Shown here piece by piece: positions 1-8,800 of a stretch of 64,000 nt of DNA. The position numbers and the translations under genes were made by a program. Position 1 is the stretch's first letter; the number at the start of each line of letters is the position of its first letter. This DNA is from Candidatus Nealsonbacteria bacterium. Its GTDB lineage: Bacteria; Patescibacteriota; Minisyncoccia; Minisyncoccales; RBG-13-42-11. Where the stretch lies: NCBI GenBank assembly GCA_026396115.1, contig JAPLXL010000002.1:69142-133141 (forward strand), given 5' to 3'. The notes under the pieces were generated by a model, which searched no databases, was not told where the DNA came from, and saw nothing but the letters and a program-made list of their open reading frames with translations.

Positions 1-1
1 T

Positions 2-385
2 TTGGCTGCCATTTTAAATAAAGAAAAAGAAAAAAGATTTAAAGCCAAAGAAGAAAAAGATATTCAGTTAACCGATGAAGAAGTGATAGAAGTTATTTCT
101 TCTGAAGCGAAGAAAAGAAGAGAATCGATTTTTGAGTTTGGAAAAGGCAAAAGGCAGGACTTGGTTGAAAAAGAAAAAAAAGAATTAGAAATTTTGGAGA
201 AATATTTGCCAGAGCAATTACCGGAAGAAGAAATTAGAAAATTGATAAAAGATGCAATCGAAAAAACCGATGCCAAAGAAATAAAAGACATGGGAAAGGT
301 TATGGCAGAATTAATGCCAAAGATTAAGGGCAAGGCCGATGGCACTCTAGTTTCAAAAATCGTTAAAGAGCTATTAGAGACATAA
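2..385 (+). CDS. GatB/YqeY-domain protein (5' end cut by window edge)
   Basis: ORF is open to the window start. K/E-rich helical protein ending DMGKVMAELMPKIKGKADGTLVSKIVKELL, the pattern of YqeY/GatB C-terminal domain proteins. Confidence 0.65.
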   Translation: MAAILNKEKEKRFKAKEEKDIQLTDEEVIEVISSEAKKRRESIFEFGKGKRQDLVEKEKKELEILEKYLPEQLPEEEIRKLIKDAIEKTDAKEIKDMGKVMAELMPKIKGKADGTLVSKIVKELLET

Positions 386-441
386 AACATAAAATATATT
401 ACCTTTGAGCTCAATAAATTTTCAATTACCAGAATCGCAAT

Positions 442-472
442 GAAGGGTGAAGAAGAGATTTATCTCTTCGAC
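442..472 (+). repeat. palindromic repeat family, copy A (ybeY leader)
   Basis: gaagagat-tt-atctcttc hairpin at 452-469. The 21-mer at 450-470 is identical to 21355-21375. Confidence 0.8.
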
Positions 473-480
473 TTATTTCG

Positions 481-882
481 ATGATCGAAATCAATAATTT
501 AACCACCAATCAAATCGACAGGGAGTTTTTAGAAAAAGTTGCTAAAAAAGTTTTAATGGGAGAAAATAAAAAGAAGTTAGAATTATCAATTGTCTTGGTC
601 GGTCAGGCCAGAATAAGAAAATTAAATAAGAAATACCGCCAAAATTATCGGTCAACCGACGTTCTTTCTTTCTCATATGATGGCTCGGGAGATATAGTTA
701 TTTGTTTGGGAGAGGTTAAAAAAAATGCCAAAAGATATAATTCAACTTTTAGAAAAGAATTAGCCAAAGTTTTAATTCACGGCATCTTGCATCTTTTGGG
801 CTATGACCATGAGAAGTCAGAGAAAGCTGCCAAGGAGATGGAAGAAAAACAAGAACATTATTTAAGAAAAATTTATGGCTAA
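481..882 (+). CDS. ybeY: rRNA maturation endoribonuclease YbeY
   Basis: 133 aa with the zinc-binding motif HGILHLLGYDH (HxxxHxxxxxH). Size is typical of YbeY. Confidence 0.9.
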   Translation: MIEINNLTTNQIDREFLEKVAKKVLMGENKKKLELSIVLVGQARIRKLNKKYRQNYRSTDVLSFSYDGSGDIVICLGEVKKNAKRYNSTFRKELAKVLIHGILHLLGYDHEKSEKAAKEMEEKQEHYLRKIYG

Positions 883-2095
883 AACTAATATACTTGCCGG
901 TTTAGATATAGGATCAAGTACTATTAAAATTTTGATTGCGGTAAAAAGAAATGGTGAGCCGAATTTTGAGGTGCTCTTTCGGGGAGAAGAACCATCTTTA
1001 GGAGTAAGAAGGGGAGTTGTAATTGATGTTGATAAGGTTTCTAGGATTATTCAGATTCTTTTTGATAGGCTAAGAGCTGAAACTGGCCAAAAAATCAATT
1101 CAGTTTTTGTCAATATCGGAGGCAGCCATATTTCTTGCGTTTTGTCTCGGGGAATGGTTGCCGTTTCCCGGGCAGACAGAAGCGTTTCAAAAGAAGATAT
1201 AGATAGGGTTTTACAGGAAGCTGCCAGGGCTCTTTCTTTGCCTTCAAATAATGAAATTTTAGAAACTTTTCCCAAAGAATTTATTATTGATGGCGTGGGA
1301 GGGATAAAAACCGCCGAGGGTTTACAAGGAGGGAGATTAGAAACAGAAATTTTAATTTTAAGCAGTTTTTTACCTTATAAAAATAATTTAATCCAAGCGG
1401 TTTTGGATGCAGGCCTCCAAATTTCGGACATTGTTCCTTCTTCGATAGCCAGTTCATCTGTTGTTCTTTCTCAGAGACAAAAAGAATTAGGCGTGGCAAT
1501 TTTAGACATAGGAGCGGGCACTTCAGATTTGGCTGTTTTTGAGGAAGGAGATCTGGTTCATTTAGCTGTTTTCCCCATTGGCTCGGCCAATATAACTTCA
1601 GACATTGCTGTTGGTTTGAAAACAGATGTTGATATCGCCGAAGCAATAAAGATAAAACTGGGCAGTTGTCTTTTTAAGGGAAAAGACAAAAAAGAAAAAA
1701 CTGAAGTTGAAGGAGAAGAGCCTTTGATTTTTTCTCAAAAAATATTGACAGGAATTATTGAGGCGCGGGTTTCAGAAATTTTTGGAGAAGTTCAAAAAGA
1801 ATTAAAAAAGATTTCAAAACAAAATCTACTGCCCTCGGGCCTTGTTTTAGCGGGAGGAGGGGCAAGGTTGCCAAAAATTGTTGAGTTAGCTAAAAAAGAA
1901 TTAAAGCTTCCTTGTCGGCTCGGAAAAATTGCTTGTTTCCCGGAATTAGAAGAAGAACTAAGTTATGCTACTGTTTGCGGATTAGTTTTTGATGGCAGTA
2001 AATCAGAAGGCAGAGAGATTTGGCGGGAAAGCAGTTTTTCTTCCGGTAGTTTTGCTAATAAAATAAAGAAAATATTTAGAAATTTTTTACCATGA
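875..2095 (+). CDS. ftsA: cell division protein FtsA
   Basis: Actin-fold ATPase motifs GLDIGSSTIKILIA and LDIGAGTSDLAVF. C-terminal amphipathic segment FANKIKKIFRNFL. Overlaps the ftsZ start (ATGA). Confidence 0.9.
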   Translation: MAKTNILAGLDIGSSTIKILIAVKRNGEPNFEVLFRGEEPSLGVRRGVVIDVDKVSRIIQILFDRLRAETGQKINSVFVNIGGSHISCVLSRGMVAVSRADRSVSKEDIDRVLQEAARALSLPSNNEILETFPKEFIIDGVGGIKTAEGLQGGRLETEILILSSFLPYKNNLIQAVLDAGLQISDIVPSSIASSSVVLSQRQKELGVAILDIGAGTSDLAVFEEGDLVHLAVFPIGSANITSDIAVGLKTDVDIAEAIKIKLGSCLFKGKDKKEKTEVEGEEPLIFSQKILTGIIEARVSEIFGEVQKELKKISKQNLLPSGLVLAGGGARLPKIVELAKKELKLPCRLGKIACFPELEEELSYATVCGLVFDGSKSEGREIWRESSFSSGSFANKIKKIFRNFLP

Positions 2096-3021
2096 AAAAT
2101 ATGACAAAAATTAAAGTGATTGGAGTGGGTGGTTCGGGCTCAAATGCTATATCCAGGATGGCAAAATGCAAAATAAAAGGCGTTGAATTAATTGCCATTA
2201 ATACCGATGCCCAAGATTTATCCAGAACAAGGGCGGATGTAAAATTAGGGATTGGTAGAAAAACCACTCAAGGGTTGGGCACGGGAATGAATCCGGAAAT
2301 CGGTAGAAAATCAGCCCTAGAAAATCGTCAGGAGATTTTAGAGATTTTAAAAGGTTCTGATATGGTTTTTATTACTTGCGGACTTGGTGGGGGAACGGGA
2401 TCGGGAGCAGCTCCAGTGATTGCTCAAGTTACCAAAGAATTGGAAATTTTAACCTTGGCCGTAGTTACAAAACCTTTTTCCTTTGAGGGACAGGTTCGGT
2501 TAAAAATCGCTGAAGATGGCATTAGAAAATTAAAAGAAAATGTTGATACTTTAATTTCTATTTCCAACGATAAACTTCTTGCTACTTTAGATCCCAATAT
2601 CTCTCTTGTAAATGCTTTCTGGGCCTGCGATGATATTTTGCGTCAGGCAGTTCAGGGAATTTCCGATTTAATTTTGTTGCCTGGCATTATTAATGTTAAT
2701 TTTGCCGACGTTAAGACGATTATGAAAAATGCCGGTTCCGCACTTTTTGGAGTAGGCAAGGCTTGGGGTGAAGGAAGAGCAGAAAAAGCGGCCCTTTCTG
2801 CCATAAACTCTCCTTTATTGGATGTATCGGTAAAAGGAGCCAGAGGAGTTTTGTTTAATGTTTCTGGCGGAAAAGATATTAGTCTTTCAGAAATTGATGA
2901 AGTTGCCAGGTTTATTACCAAAGAGATTAACCCTGAAGCAAAAATAATTTTCGGCGCCGTTCAAAATGAAAATTTGAAACAAGGGGAGATAAAAGTAACG
3001 GTCATTGCTACCGGATTTTAA
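2092..3021 (+). CDS. ftsZ: cell division GTPase FtsZ (core domain only, no C-terminal linker or tail)
   Basis: IKVIGVGGSGSNAISRM and the tubulin signature GLGGGTGSGAAPVIA. Ends at KVTVIATGF immediately followed by a stop. Confidence 0.95.
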   Translation: MKNMTKIKVIGVGGSGSNAISRMAKCKIKGVELIAINTDAQDLSRTRADVKLGIGRKTTQGLGTGMNPEIGRKSALENRQEILEILKGSDMVFITCGLGGGTGSGAAPVIAQVTKELEILTLAVVTKPFSFEGQVRLKIAEDGIRKLKENVDTLISISNDKLLATLDPNISLVNAFWACDDILRQAVQGISDLILLPGIINVNFADVKTIMKNAGSALFGVGKAWGEGRAEKAALSAINSPLLDVSVKGARGVLFNVSGGKDISLSEIDEVARFITKEINPEAKIIFGAVQNENLKQGEIKVTVIATGF

Positions 3022-3029
3022 ATTGCTAA

Positions 3030-4502
3030 ATGTCTCAATCTCAAATTTTTTTATTCATCTGTCTCTCTTTTATCGGAGGCATTTTTTTAAATTCATTCTT
3101 GCCCGTTGGAGCCTTGGTAAAGACGGGTTTGGTTATCCTTGGAATATTGCTTATCTCAATTTTCTGGAGATATAAAAAAATAACTGTCCTTGGTTTTTGT
3201 ATTTTATTTTTGGTTTTGGGAATTTGGCGGCATCAGCTGACAGAGTTAAGAATTATGAATAATGAATTAAGAAAATACAATGACCAAGAAAAAATTATTA
3301 CTTTAGTAGGAGTGATCGCCAAAGAGCCAGATATTAGAGAAAAAAGTGTCAAACTGACAGTTCAACCAGAAAATATAAATGGAAAGGTTTTGGTAATTGC
3401 TAGTCGATACCCTGAATATCAATATGGAGATAAATTAAAAATTATTGGAAAATTAGAAACTCCTCTTGAATTTGAAGATTTCAATTACAAAGATTATTTG
3501 GCCAAAGACGGAATTTATTCGATCATGTATTATTCTAAAATTGAATTAGTCGGTCAAGGTTTTGGAAAACCGATTTATAAAATCCTTTTTTATTTCAAAA
3601 ATAAATTTGAAGAAACGGCCAGAAGCTTTATTTCTCCTCCCCAAGAAGGAATTTTGGAAGCTTTGGCTTTTGGCGATGAGGGAAATATCTCTAATGATTG
3701 GAAAGAAAAATTCAATATTACCGGCACCCGGCATATTGCTGCTGTTTCCGGGATGAACATTACAATTATTTCAGCCTTGCTTTTGAATATTCTTTTGCTA
3801 TTAGGATTCTGGCGGAATCAAGCTTTTTATCTATCCGTTATTTTGCTGGTTATTTATATTTTGATGATCGGGGCGCCGGCTTCAGCCGTTAGGGCGGGGA
3901 TTATGGGAATTATTTTTCTAACAGCCCAGCATTTTGGCAGATTGTCAGCTGCTTCCAGGGCCGTTGTTTTTTCCGCAGCTATTATACTGGCTTTGAACCC
4001 CTTGCTTTTGAAATTAGATGTCGGATTTCAATTGTCATTTTTGGCAATGATGGGAATAATTTATCTTCAGCCCGCCTTTCTAAATTTTTTTAAAAAGATG
4101 CCCGATTTTAAATTTTTTTCCTTAGGAACTACTCTTTCAACTACCCTTTCCGCCCAGATTTTTACCTTGCCAATTTTAATTTATAATTTTGGCTATATTC
4201 CTTTAATTTCTCCAATTACCAATATTTTAATTGTTCCATTTTTAGCCCCAATTACTATTTTGATTTTTGTTTTTGGCTTTTCGGCAATGCTTTTTTGGCC
4301 GTTGGGTTTTCTTTTTTCTTTGCCGGTTTGGTTTTTCTTAAGCTATATTACTTACCTGATTGACGGGTTCTCAAAACTTTCTTTTGTTTCTTTAAGCATA
4401 AAAAATATTCATTGGATTTGGCTGTTAATTTCTTATTTAATTTTAGGATTATTTATTTGGCGGTTTAAAGAAAAACAAAAACTAAAGTTTCTGAAATATT
4501 AA
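3030..4502 (+). CDS. comEC: ComEC/Rec2 DNA internalisation channel (N-terminal OB-like domain plus competence domain, no beta-lactamase domain)
   Basis: Polytopic membrane protein with ITGTRHIAAVSGMNI, the competence-domain signature. At 490 aa it is too short to carry the C-terminal metallo-beta-lactamase domain. Confidence 0.85.
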   Translation: MSQSQIFLFICLSFIGGIFLNSFLPVGALVKTGLVILGILLISIFWRYKKITVLGFCILFLVLGIWRHQLTELRIMNNELRKYNDQEKIITLVGVIAKEPDIREKSVKLTVQPENINGKVLVIASRYPEYQYGDKLKIIGKLETPLEFEDFNYKDYLAKDGIYSIMYYSKIELVGQGFGKPIYKILFYFKNKFEETARSFISPPQEGILEALAFGDEGNISNDWKEKFNITGTRHIAAVSGMNITIISALLLNILLLLGFWRNQAFYLSVILLVIYILMIGAPASAVRAGIMGIIFLTAQHFGRLSAASRAVVFSAAIILALNPLLLKLDVGFQLSFLAMMGIIYLQPAFLNFFKKMPDFKFFSLGTTLSTTLSAQIFTLPILIYNFGYIPLISPITNILIVPFLAPITILIFVFGFSAMLFWPLGFLFSLPVWFFLSYITYLIDGFSKLSFVSLSIKNIHWIWLLISYLILGLFIWRFKEKQKLKFLKY

Positions 4503-4557
4503 ACCTTTACACCAAAGTTTGGTGCGGCGGTAAAATTTTGGTAAAATAAGTAAATCT

Positions 4558-5880
4558 ATGGGAAAAATTTACCTAATCTCGGTTAATATGGGTTATGGTC
4601 ATCAAAGAGCCGCTTATCCTTTAAAAAATTTAGCTGTTGAAGAGGAAATTATTAATGTCAATGATTATCCGGGAATCTCCAAAAAAGATAGAAAAATTTG
4701 GGCAAAACTGCGAAAAGGTTACGAGCTTATATCAAAATTTAAGAAAATTCCTTTAATTGGTGAATTTGGATTTTTTATTTTTGATCAGTTTCAGAAAATT
4801 CTCAGTTTTTATCCCAAAAGAGACTTGTCAAAACCGAATTTTCAATTAAAACAAACATTCTCACTGATAAAAAAGGGCTGGGGAAAAGATCTCATTGAAA
4901 AACTTGCCCCGTACCGAAACGAAGTTTCTGGTGCGGGGTTAAAAAGAGAACCCCTTCCTTTAGTCAGCACTTTTTTCGCCCCGGCTTTTATGGCTGAATA
5001 TTTTAATTATCCCGGCCAAATTTTTTGCCTTATTTGCGATGCCGATATTTCCAGAACCTGGGCACCCCTTAATTCCAAAACAAGCAGAATTAAATATTTT
5101 GCTCCGACAGAAAGAGTTGCAGAAAGGCTAAAACTTTATGGAGTTAAAGAGGAAAACATTTTTTTAACCGGTTACCCCCTGCCTTTGGAAAATACGGGCA
5201 GCGAAAATTTGGAAATTTTAAAAAATGATTTAAAATACCGGCTTTTAAACCTTGATCCACAAAAGAGATTTTTCCAATATTACGAGCCCCTGACAAAAAA
5301 ATATTTGGGAAACTTGCCCCAAAAACCCAATCATCCTTTAACATTAATGTTTGCCGTTGGCGGAGCCGGGGCGCAGAAAGAAATCGGAATTAAAATTTTA
5401 AAACATTTGTTTCACGAACGGGCCACTGGAATTAAAATAATTTTGTCAGCTGGAATTAAAGAAAAAGTTAAAGAATATTTTCTTAAAAATATTAAAAATT
5501 TAGGTTTTAAAAATCATTTGGGAAAGGAAATTGAAATTCTTTTTGAAGAAGATATAGAAAGTTATTTTCGAAGTTTTAATCTGGCTTTAAGAAAAACCGA
5601 TATTTTATGGACAAAATCATCAGAACTTTCTTTTTATTCGGTTTTGGGAATTCCAATTATTATTGCTCCGTCAATCGGTTCTCAAGAAGAATTCAATAAA
5701 AGATGGCTTTTAAAATCTGGCTTCGGCCTTTTGCAGGAAAATCCAAATTATGTTCATCAATGGCTTTTTGATTGGCTGGAAAAAGGATATCTGGCTGAGG
5801 CTGCCATGCAGGGTTTTATTGAAGGAGAAAAATTAGGAACCTATAAAATTGAAAAAATAATTTCAAAATGTCTTGGTTAA
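4558..5880 (+). CDS. GT28-like (MGDG synthase/MurG-type) glycosyltransferase
   Basis: N-terminal NMGYGHQRAAYPL resembles the GxGHxxAA motif of MGDG synthase-type enzymes. C-terminal PIIIAPSIGSQEEFNKRWL resembles the GT28 C-terminal PGQE..N motif. Confidence 0.5.
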   Translation: MGKIYLISVNMGYGHQRAAYPLKNLAVEEEIINVNDYPGISKKDRKIWAKLRKGYELISKFKKIPLIGEFGFFIFDQFQKILSFYPKRDLSKPNFQLKQTFSLIKKGWGKDLIEKLAPYRNEVSGAGLKREPLPLVSTFFAPAFMAEYFNYPGQIFCLICDADISRTWAPLNSKTSRIKYFAPTERVAERLKLYGVKEENIFLTGYPLPLENTGSENLEILKNDLKYRLLNLDPQKRFFQYYEPLTKKYLGNLPQKPNHPLTLMFAVGGAGAQKEIGIKILKHLFHERATGIKIILSAGIKEKVKEYFLKNIKNLGFKNHLGKEIEILFEEDIESYFRSFNLALRKTDILWTKSSELSFYSVLGIPIIIAPSIGSQEEFNKRWLLKSGFGLLQENPNYVHQWLFDWLEKGYLAEAAMQGFIEGEKLGTYKIEKIISKCLG

Positions 5881-6782
5881 TAATTACAATTTCATTTTAT
5901 TTTATTTTAGCCATTGTTTTTTTAGTTGATAAATATCTTTTAACTAGTTCTATTCCAAATCCTAAAGTTTATACATTTTATGTCGGTGCTTTAGGAATTT
6001 TAGTTTTAGTTTTTGCACCTTTTGTAGGATTTTATATTCCAACAATTCCCCAAATTATTTTAGCTTTCTCGGCTGGAGCTATTTATATTTACGCTCTTTT
6101 TTGGTTTTACAAGTCCTTGCAACTTTTTGAGGCCTCGAGAGTAGTGCCGGCCATCGGCGGTTTAACTCCCTTGTTTACTTTTGCTTTGATATATCTTTTT
6201 TCCCGCGGAAGAGAAATTTTGTCTTTCTTGGAAATTATAGCTTTTATTTTTTTAATTTTAGGAAGCGTTTTGATAAATCTTAAAAAAGAAAAATTGATAA
6301 ATATAAAAAGTTTAAAATTTTCTGTCCTAACCGCTTTTCTTTTATCTTTATCATTTGTTTTAATAAAATATGTTTATTTGGTTCAACCCTTCTGGAATGG
6401 TTTTATTTGGAGAAGTGTAGGCGGTTTTTTAATGGCCATTTGTTTTTTTGTTTTTTTTCCGGAAATTAAGAAAGAAATTTTTATTAAGAGAAGAGAAAAA
6501 TTCCCGAAAAAAACAGCTATTATTTTTCTTACGAATCAAACAGCCGGCGCCGGAGCGGCTCTTTTGCAGAACTGGGCAATTTTTTTAGTGCCTTTAGCTT
6601 ATATGCCTTTTATCAATGCCCTTCAGGGAGTTCAATACGTTTTTCTTTTGATTTTTGCCATAATTTTGTCTTTTAAATTGCCTAAAATTTTGAAAGAAGA
6701 AATATCCCGGGAAATTATCTTTCAAAAAGTTGCTGCTATTTTATTAATCGGCGCAGGATTGATTTTAATAGCCTTAAAATAA
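5868..6782 (+). CDS. polytopic (about 10 TM) membrane protein, DMT/EamA-like
   Basis: 304 aa and hydrophobic throughout. Size and TM count fit the drug/metabolite transporter fold. Overlaps the upstream gene end. Confidence 0.4.
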   Translation: MSWLIITISFYFILAIVFLVDKYLLTSSIPNPKVYTFYVGALGILVLVFAPFVGFYIPTIPQIILAFSAGAIYIYALFWFYKSLQLFEASRVVPAIGGLTPLFTFALIYLFSRGREILSFLEIIAFIFLILGSVLINLKKEKLINIKSLKFSVLTAFLLSLSFVLIKYVYLVQPFWNGFIWRSVGGFLMAICFFVFFPEIKKEIFIKRREKFPKKTAIIFLTNQTAGAGAALLQNWAIFLVPLAYMPFINALQGVQYVFLLIFAIILSFKLPKILKEEISREIIFQKVAAILLIGAGLILIALK

Positions 6783-6807
6783 TCGGTCCACCGGGATGGC
6801 TTCCCTG

Positions 6808-6858
6808 GGCGAAGAAGATAAATCTTCTTCTTTACCCTTCGCTGCGGCTCGGGTGTGC
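6808..6858 (+). repeat. palindromic repeat family, copy B
   Basis: ggcgaagaagataaatcttcttctttacccttcgctgcggctcgggtgtgc. Confidence 0.85.
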
Positions 6859-6865
6859 AATAAAG

Positions 6866-7885
6866 ATGAAAAAAAATTTAAAGAAAATGATTTTTGCAAT
6901 ATTAATCTTTCTTTTTATTATTTTGGGTTTCTTTTTTCTTGGAAGCGCTCCCCAAGCGGAAGAAATTAAATGGGGAGTCAATTTTTCCCAAAAACACAGC
7001 CGGGACATGGGATTGGAATGGAAAGAAAATTATTTAGCTTTGCTTGATGATTTAAATGTAAAAGATTTAAAAGTTGCCGTTCATTGGGACTTAATTGAGC
7101 CGGAAAAAAATGAATATCGTTTTGAAGACCTGGATTGGCAGATAAATACGGCTGAAAAAAGAGGGGCTAAAATTCTTTTGGTAATTGGCATGAAAACGCC
7201 GAGATGGCCGGAATGCCATCTTCCTGGCTGGGCAAAGAATTTAACCAGAAAAGAACAAGAAGAAAAAATTTTAGAAATGCTTAAAAATATTGTTTTGCGT
7301 TACAAAGATTCAAAAACTATATATGCCTGGCAGGTAGAAAATGAACCTTTTTTCCCTTTTGGCGATTGTCCCTGGCTTCATGACAGAAAATTTCTTAAAG
7401 TAGAGATTGATTTGGTCAAGAGTCTTGATTTTCAAAACAGACCGGTGGTAATATCTGATAGTGGAGAGTGGTCTTTTTGGTTTAGAGCGGCTCGGATTGG
7501 CGACATTGTTGGCACAACAATGTATAGAAAAGTCTGGTTTCACCAGTTAGCAGTTTATGTTACTTATCCTATCCCCCCTGTTTTTTATTGGAGAAGGGCC
7601 CAACTTGTTGAAAAGTTTTTTGATAAAAAAGTAATTTGCGTTGAATTTCAAGCTGAGCCCTGGGGGCCAAAACTGCTTTATAATTTGCCTTTAGCAGAAC
7701 AGGAAAAAACAATGAACTTGGAACAATTCAGGAAAAATATTGAATATGCAAAAAAAACCGGCTTAAAAGAATTCTATTTATGGGGAGCTGAATGGTGGTA
7801 TTGGATGAAAGAGAAACAAAACCAGCCAGAAATTTGGAACGAAGCAAAAAAATTATTTATTGAAATCAAAGGTGAAACGAATTGA
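6866..7885 (+). CDS. membrane-anchored/secreted clan GH-A (TIM-barrel) glycoside hydrolase
   Basis: N-terminal hydrophobic anchor. WDLIEPEKNEYRFEDLDWQI and WQVENEPF (NEP acid/base motif) are typical of GH5/GH42-like hydrolases. Confidence 0.5.
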   Translation: MKKNLKKMIFAILIFLFIILGFFFLGSAPQAEEIKWGVNFSQKHSRDMGLEWKENYLALLDDLNVKDLKVAVHWDLIEPEKNEYRFEDLDWQINTAEKRGAKILLVIGMKTPRWPECHLPGWAKNLTRKEQEEKILEMLKNIVLRYKDSKTIYAWQVENEPFFPFGDCPWLHDRKFLKVEIDLVKSLDFQNRPVVISDSGEWSFWFRAARIGDIVGTTMYRKVWFHQLAVYVTYPIPPVFYWRRAQLVEKFFDKKVICVEFQAEPWGPKLLYNLPLAEQEKTMNLEQFRKNIEYAKKTGLKEFYLWGAEWWYWMKEKQNQPEIWNEAKKLFIEIKGETN

Positions 7886-7899
7886 AAATTCGTTGAACA

Positions 7900-8778
7900 T
7901 TGAAAATTATGCTTAGCATTATTATTCCCGCCCTGAATGAGGAAAAATATCTTCCCTTATTGCTTAATTTAATCAAGCAGCAGAACTTTGCTGGAGGCGA
8001 AGAGGATAAATCCTCTTCTTCACCTTCGCTTTCCCGAGCGATAGCGAAGGGGGAAGAAGAAAGTTTACTTTCTTCGCCCTCGCTAGGCGAAAGCTCGGCT
8101 TATGAAGTGATTGTGGCTGATGCCGACTCTATTGATAAAACAGTTGAGATTGCCAAAAGTTTTGGCTGTCAAGTTATTAGAGGCGGCCTGCCGGCCAGAG
8201 GAAGAAATGAGGGAGCAAAAATTGCCAAAGGAGAGATTTTTTTGTTTATGGACGCTGATAATGTTTTTTTGCCAGAGAACTTTCTAGAAAACCTTTTGGC
8301 AGAATTTGAAAAAAAGAAATTGGGAGTAGCTTCTTTTCCGATCTATCCCAGGGGTAAAAAAATAGATAAAATTCTTTACGGAATTTACAATAATTTTGTT
8401 AATTTGACTAAAATTCCCTGTGCCACAAATTCGGTTTTGGTTAAAAAAGAAATTTTTGAAAAAGTTGGCGGATTTGACGAAGAAATAAAAATAGGTGAAG
8501 ATCATTGTTTTGTCAAGCAAGCGGCAAAATTTGGCAAATTCGGATTTATAAAAACCGAATCCGTTTTGACATCTCCCAGAAGGTTTGAGCATGAAGGCAG
8601 ATTGAGAACTTATTTGAAATATATTTTAGCCGGGATTTATATGCTTTTTTTCGGCCCGATAAAAAAACCTATTTTTAAGTATAATTTTGGTCATTGGTCA
8701 GCGAGCGAGGCAGAGCCGAGCGAAGGTGGAAAAGAGCGTAAAGTGCTCTTTGACTATTTGAAAAAGAAAAAAAATTGA
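7900..8778 (+). CDS. family 2 glycosyltransferase carrying an in-frame 37-codon repeat-derived insert
   Basis: LSIIIPALNEEKYL ... YEVIVADADSIDKT ... FMDADN is a GT2 signature. It is interrupted at 7990-8100 by repeat-element sequence. Confidence 0.8.
   Translation: MKIMLSIIIPALNEEKYLPLLLNLIKQQNFAGGEEDKSSSSPSLSRAIAKGEEESLLSSPSLGESSAYEVIVADADSIDKTVEIAKSFGCQVIRGGLPARGRNEGAKIAKGEIFLFMDADNVFLPENFLENLLAEFEKKKLGVASFPIYPRGKKIDKILYGIYNNFVNLTKIPCATNSVLVKKEIFEKVGGFDEEIKIGEDHCFVKQAAKFGKFGFIKTESVLTSPRRFEHEGRLRTYLKYILAGIYMLFFGPIKKPIFKYNFGHWSASEAEPSEGGKERKVLFDYLKKKKN
7996..8100 (+). repeat. palindromic repeat family, two tandem copies inside the GT2 CDS
   Basis: ggcgaagaggataaatcctcttcttcaccttcgct..., then ...gaagaaagtttactttcttcgccctcgctaggcgaaagctcggct. 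The 25-mer at 7998-8022 is identical to 21298-21322. Confidence 0.85.
8701..8751 (-). repeat. palindromic repeat family, reverse-orientation copy forming the GT2 C-terminal tail
   Basis: The reverse complement reads aaagagcactttacgctcttttccaccttcgctcggctctgcctcgctcgc. Confidence 0.7.
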
Positions 8779-8800
8779 GATAAAATTAAGTATTACCACC

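Noticed and set aside
64-414. Antisense or alternative-frame ORFs nested in well-supported genes. Examples: 64-414(-), 1051-1646(-), 2652-2921(-), 3546-3892, 11236-12495(-), 16236-17532(+), 23689-24424(-), 27244-28203(+), 30648-31409(+), 48657-49034(-), 58062-58457(-), 59384-59764(-), 60787-61083(-).
   Set aside because: Each lies wholly inside a longer ORF with clear family motifs on the other strand or frame. Their sequences are low-complexity and show no motifs. They are typical shadow ORFs of AT-rich DNA.
4503-4531. acctttacaccaaagtttggtgcggcgg as a degenerate copy of the repeat family tail (compare ctttacc...aagcttggtgt).
   Set aside because: The similarity is limited to a few short words and it lacks the GAAGAG hairpin. 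It may simply be a local CACCAAA/TTTGGTG hairpin after comEC.
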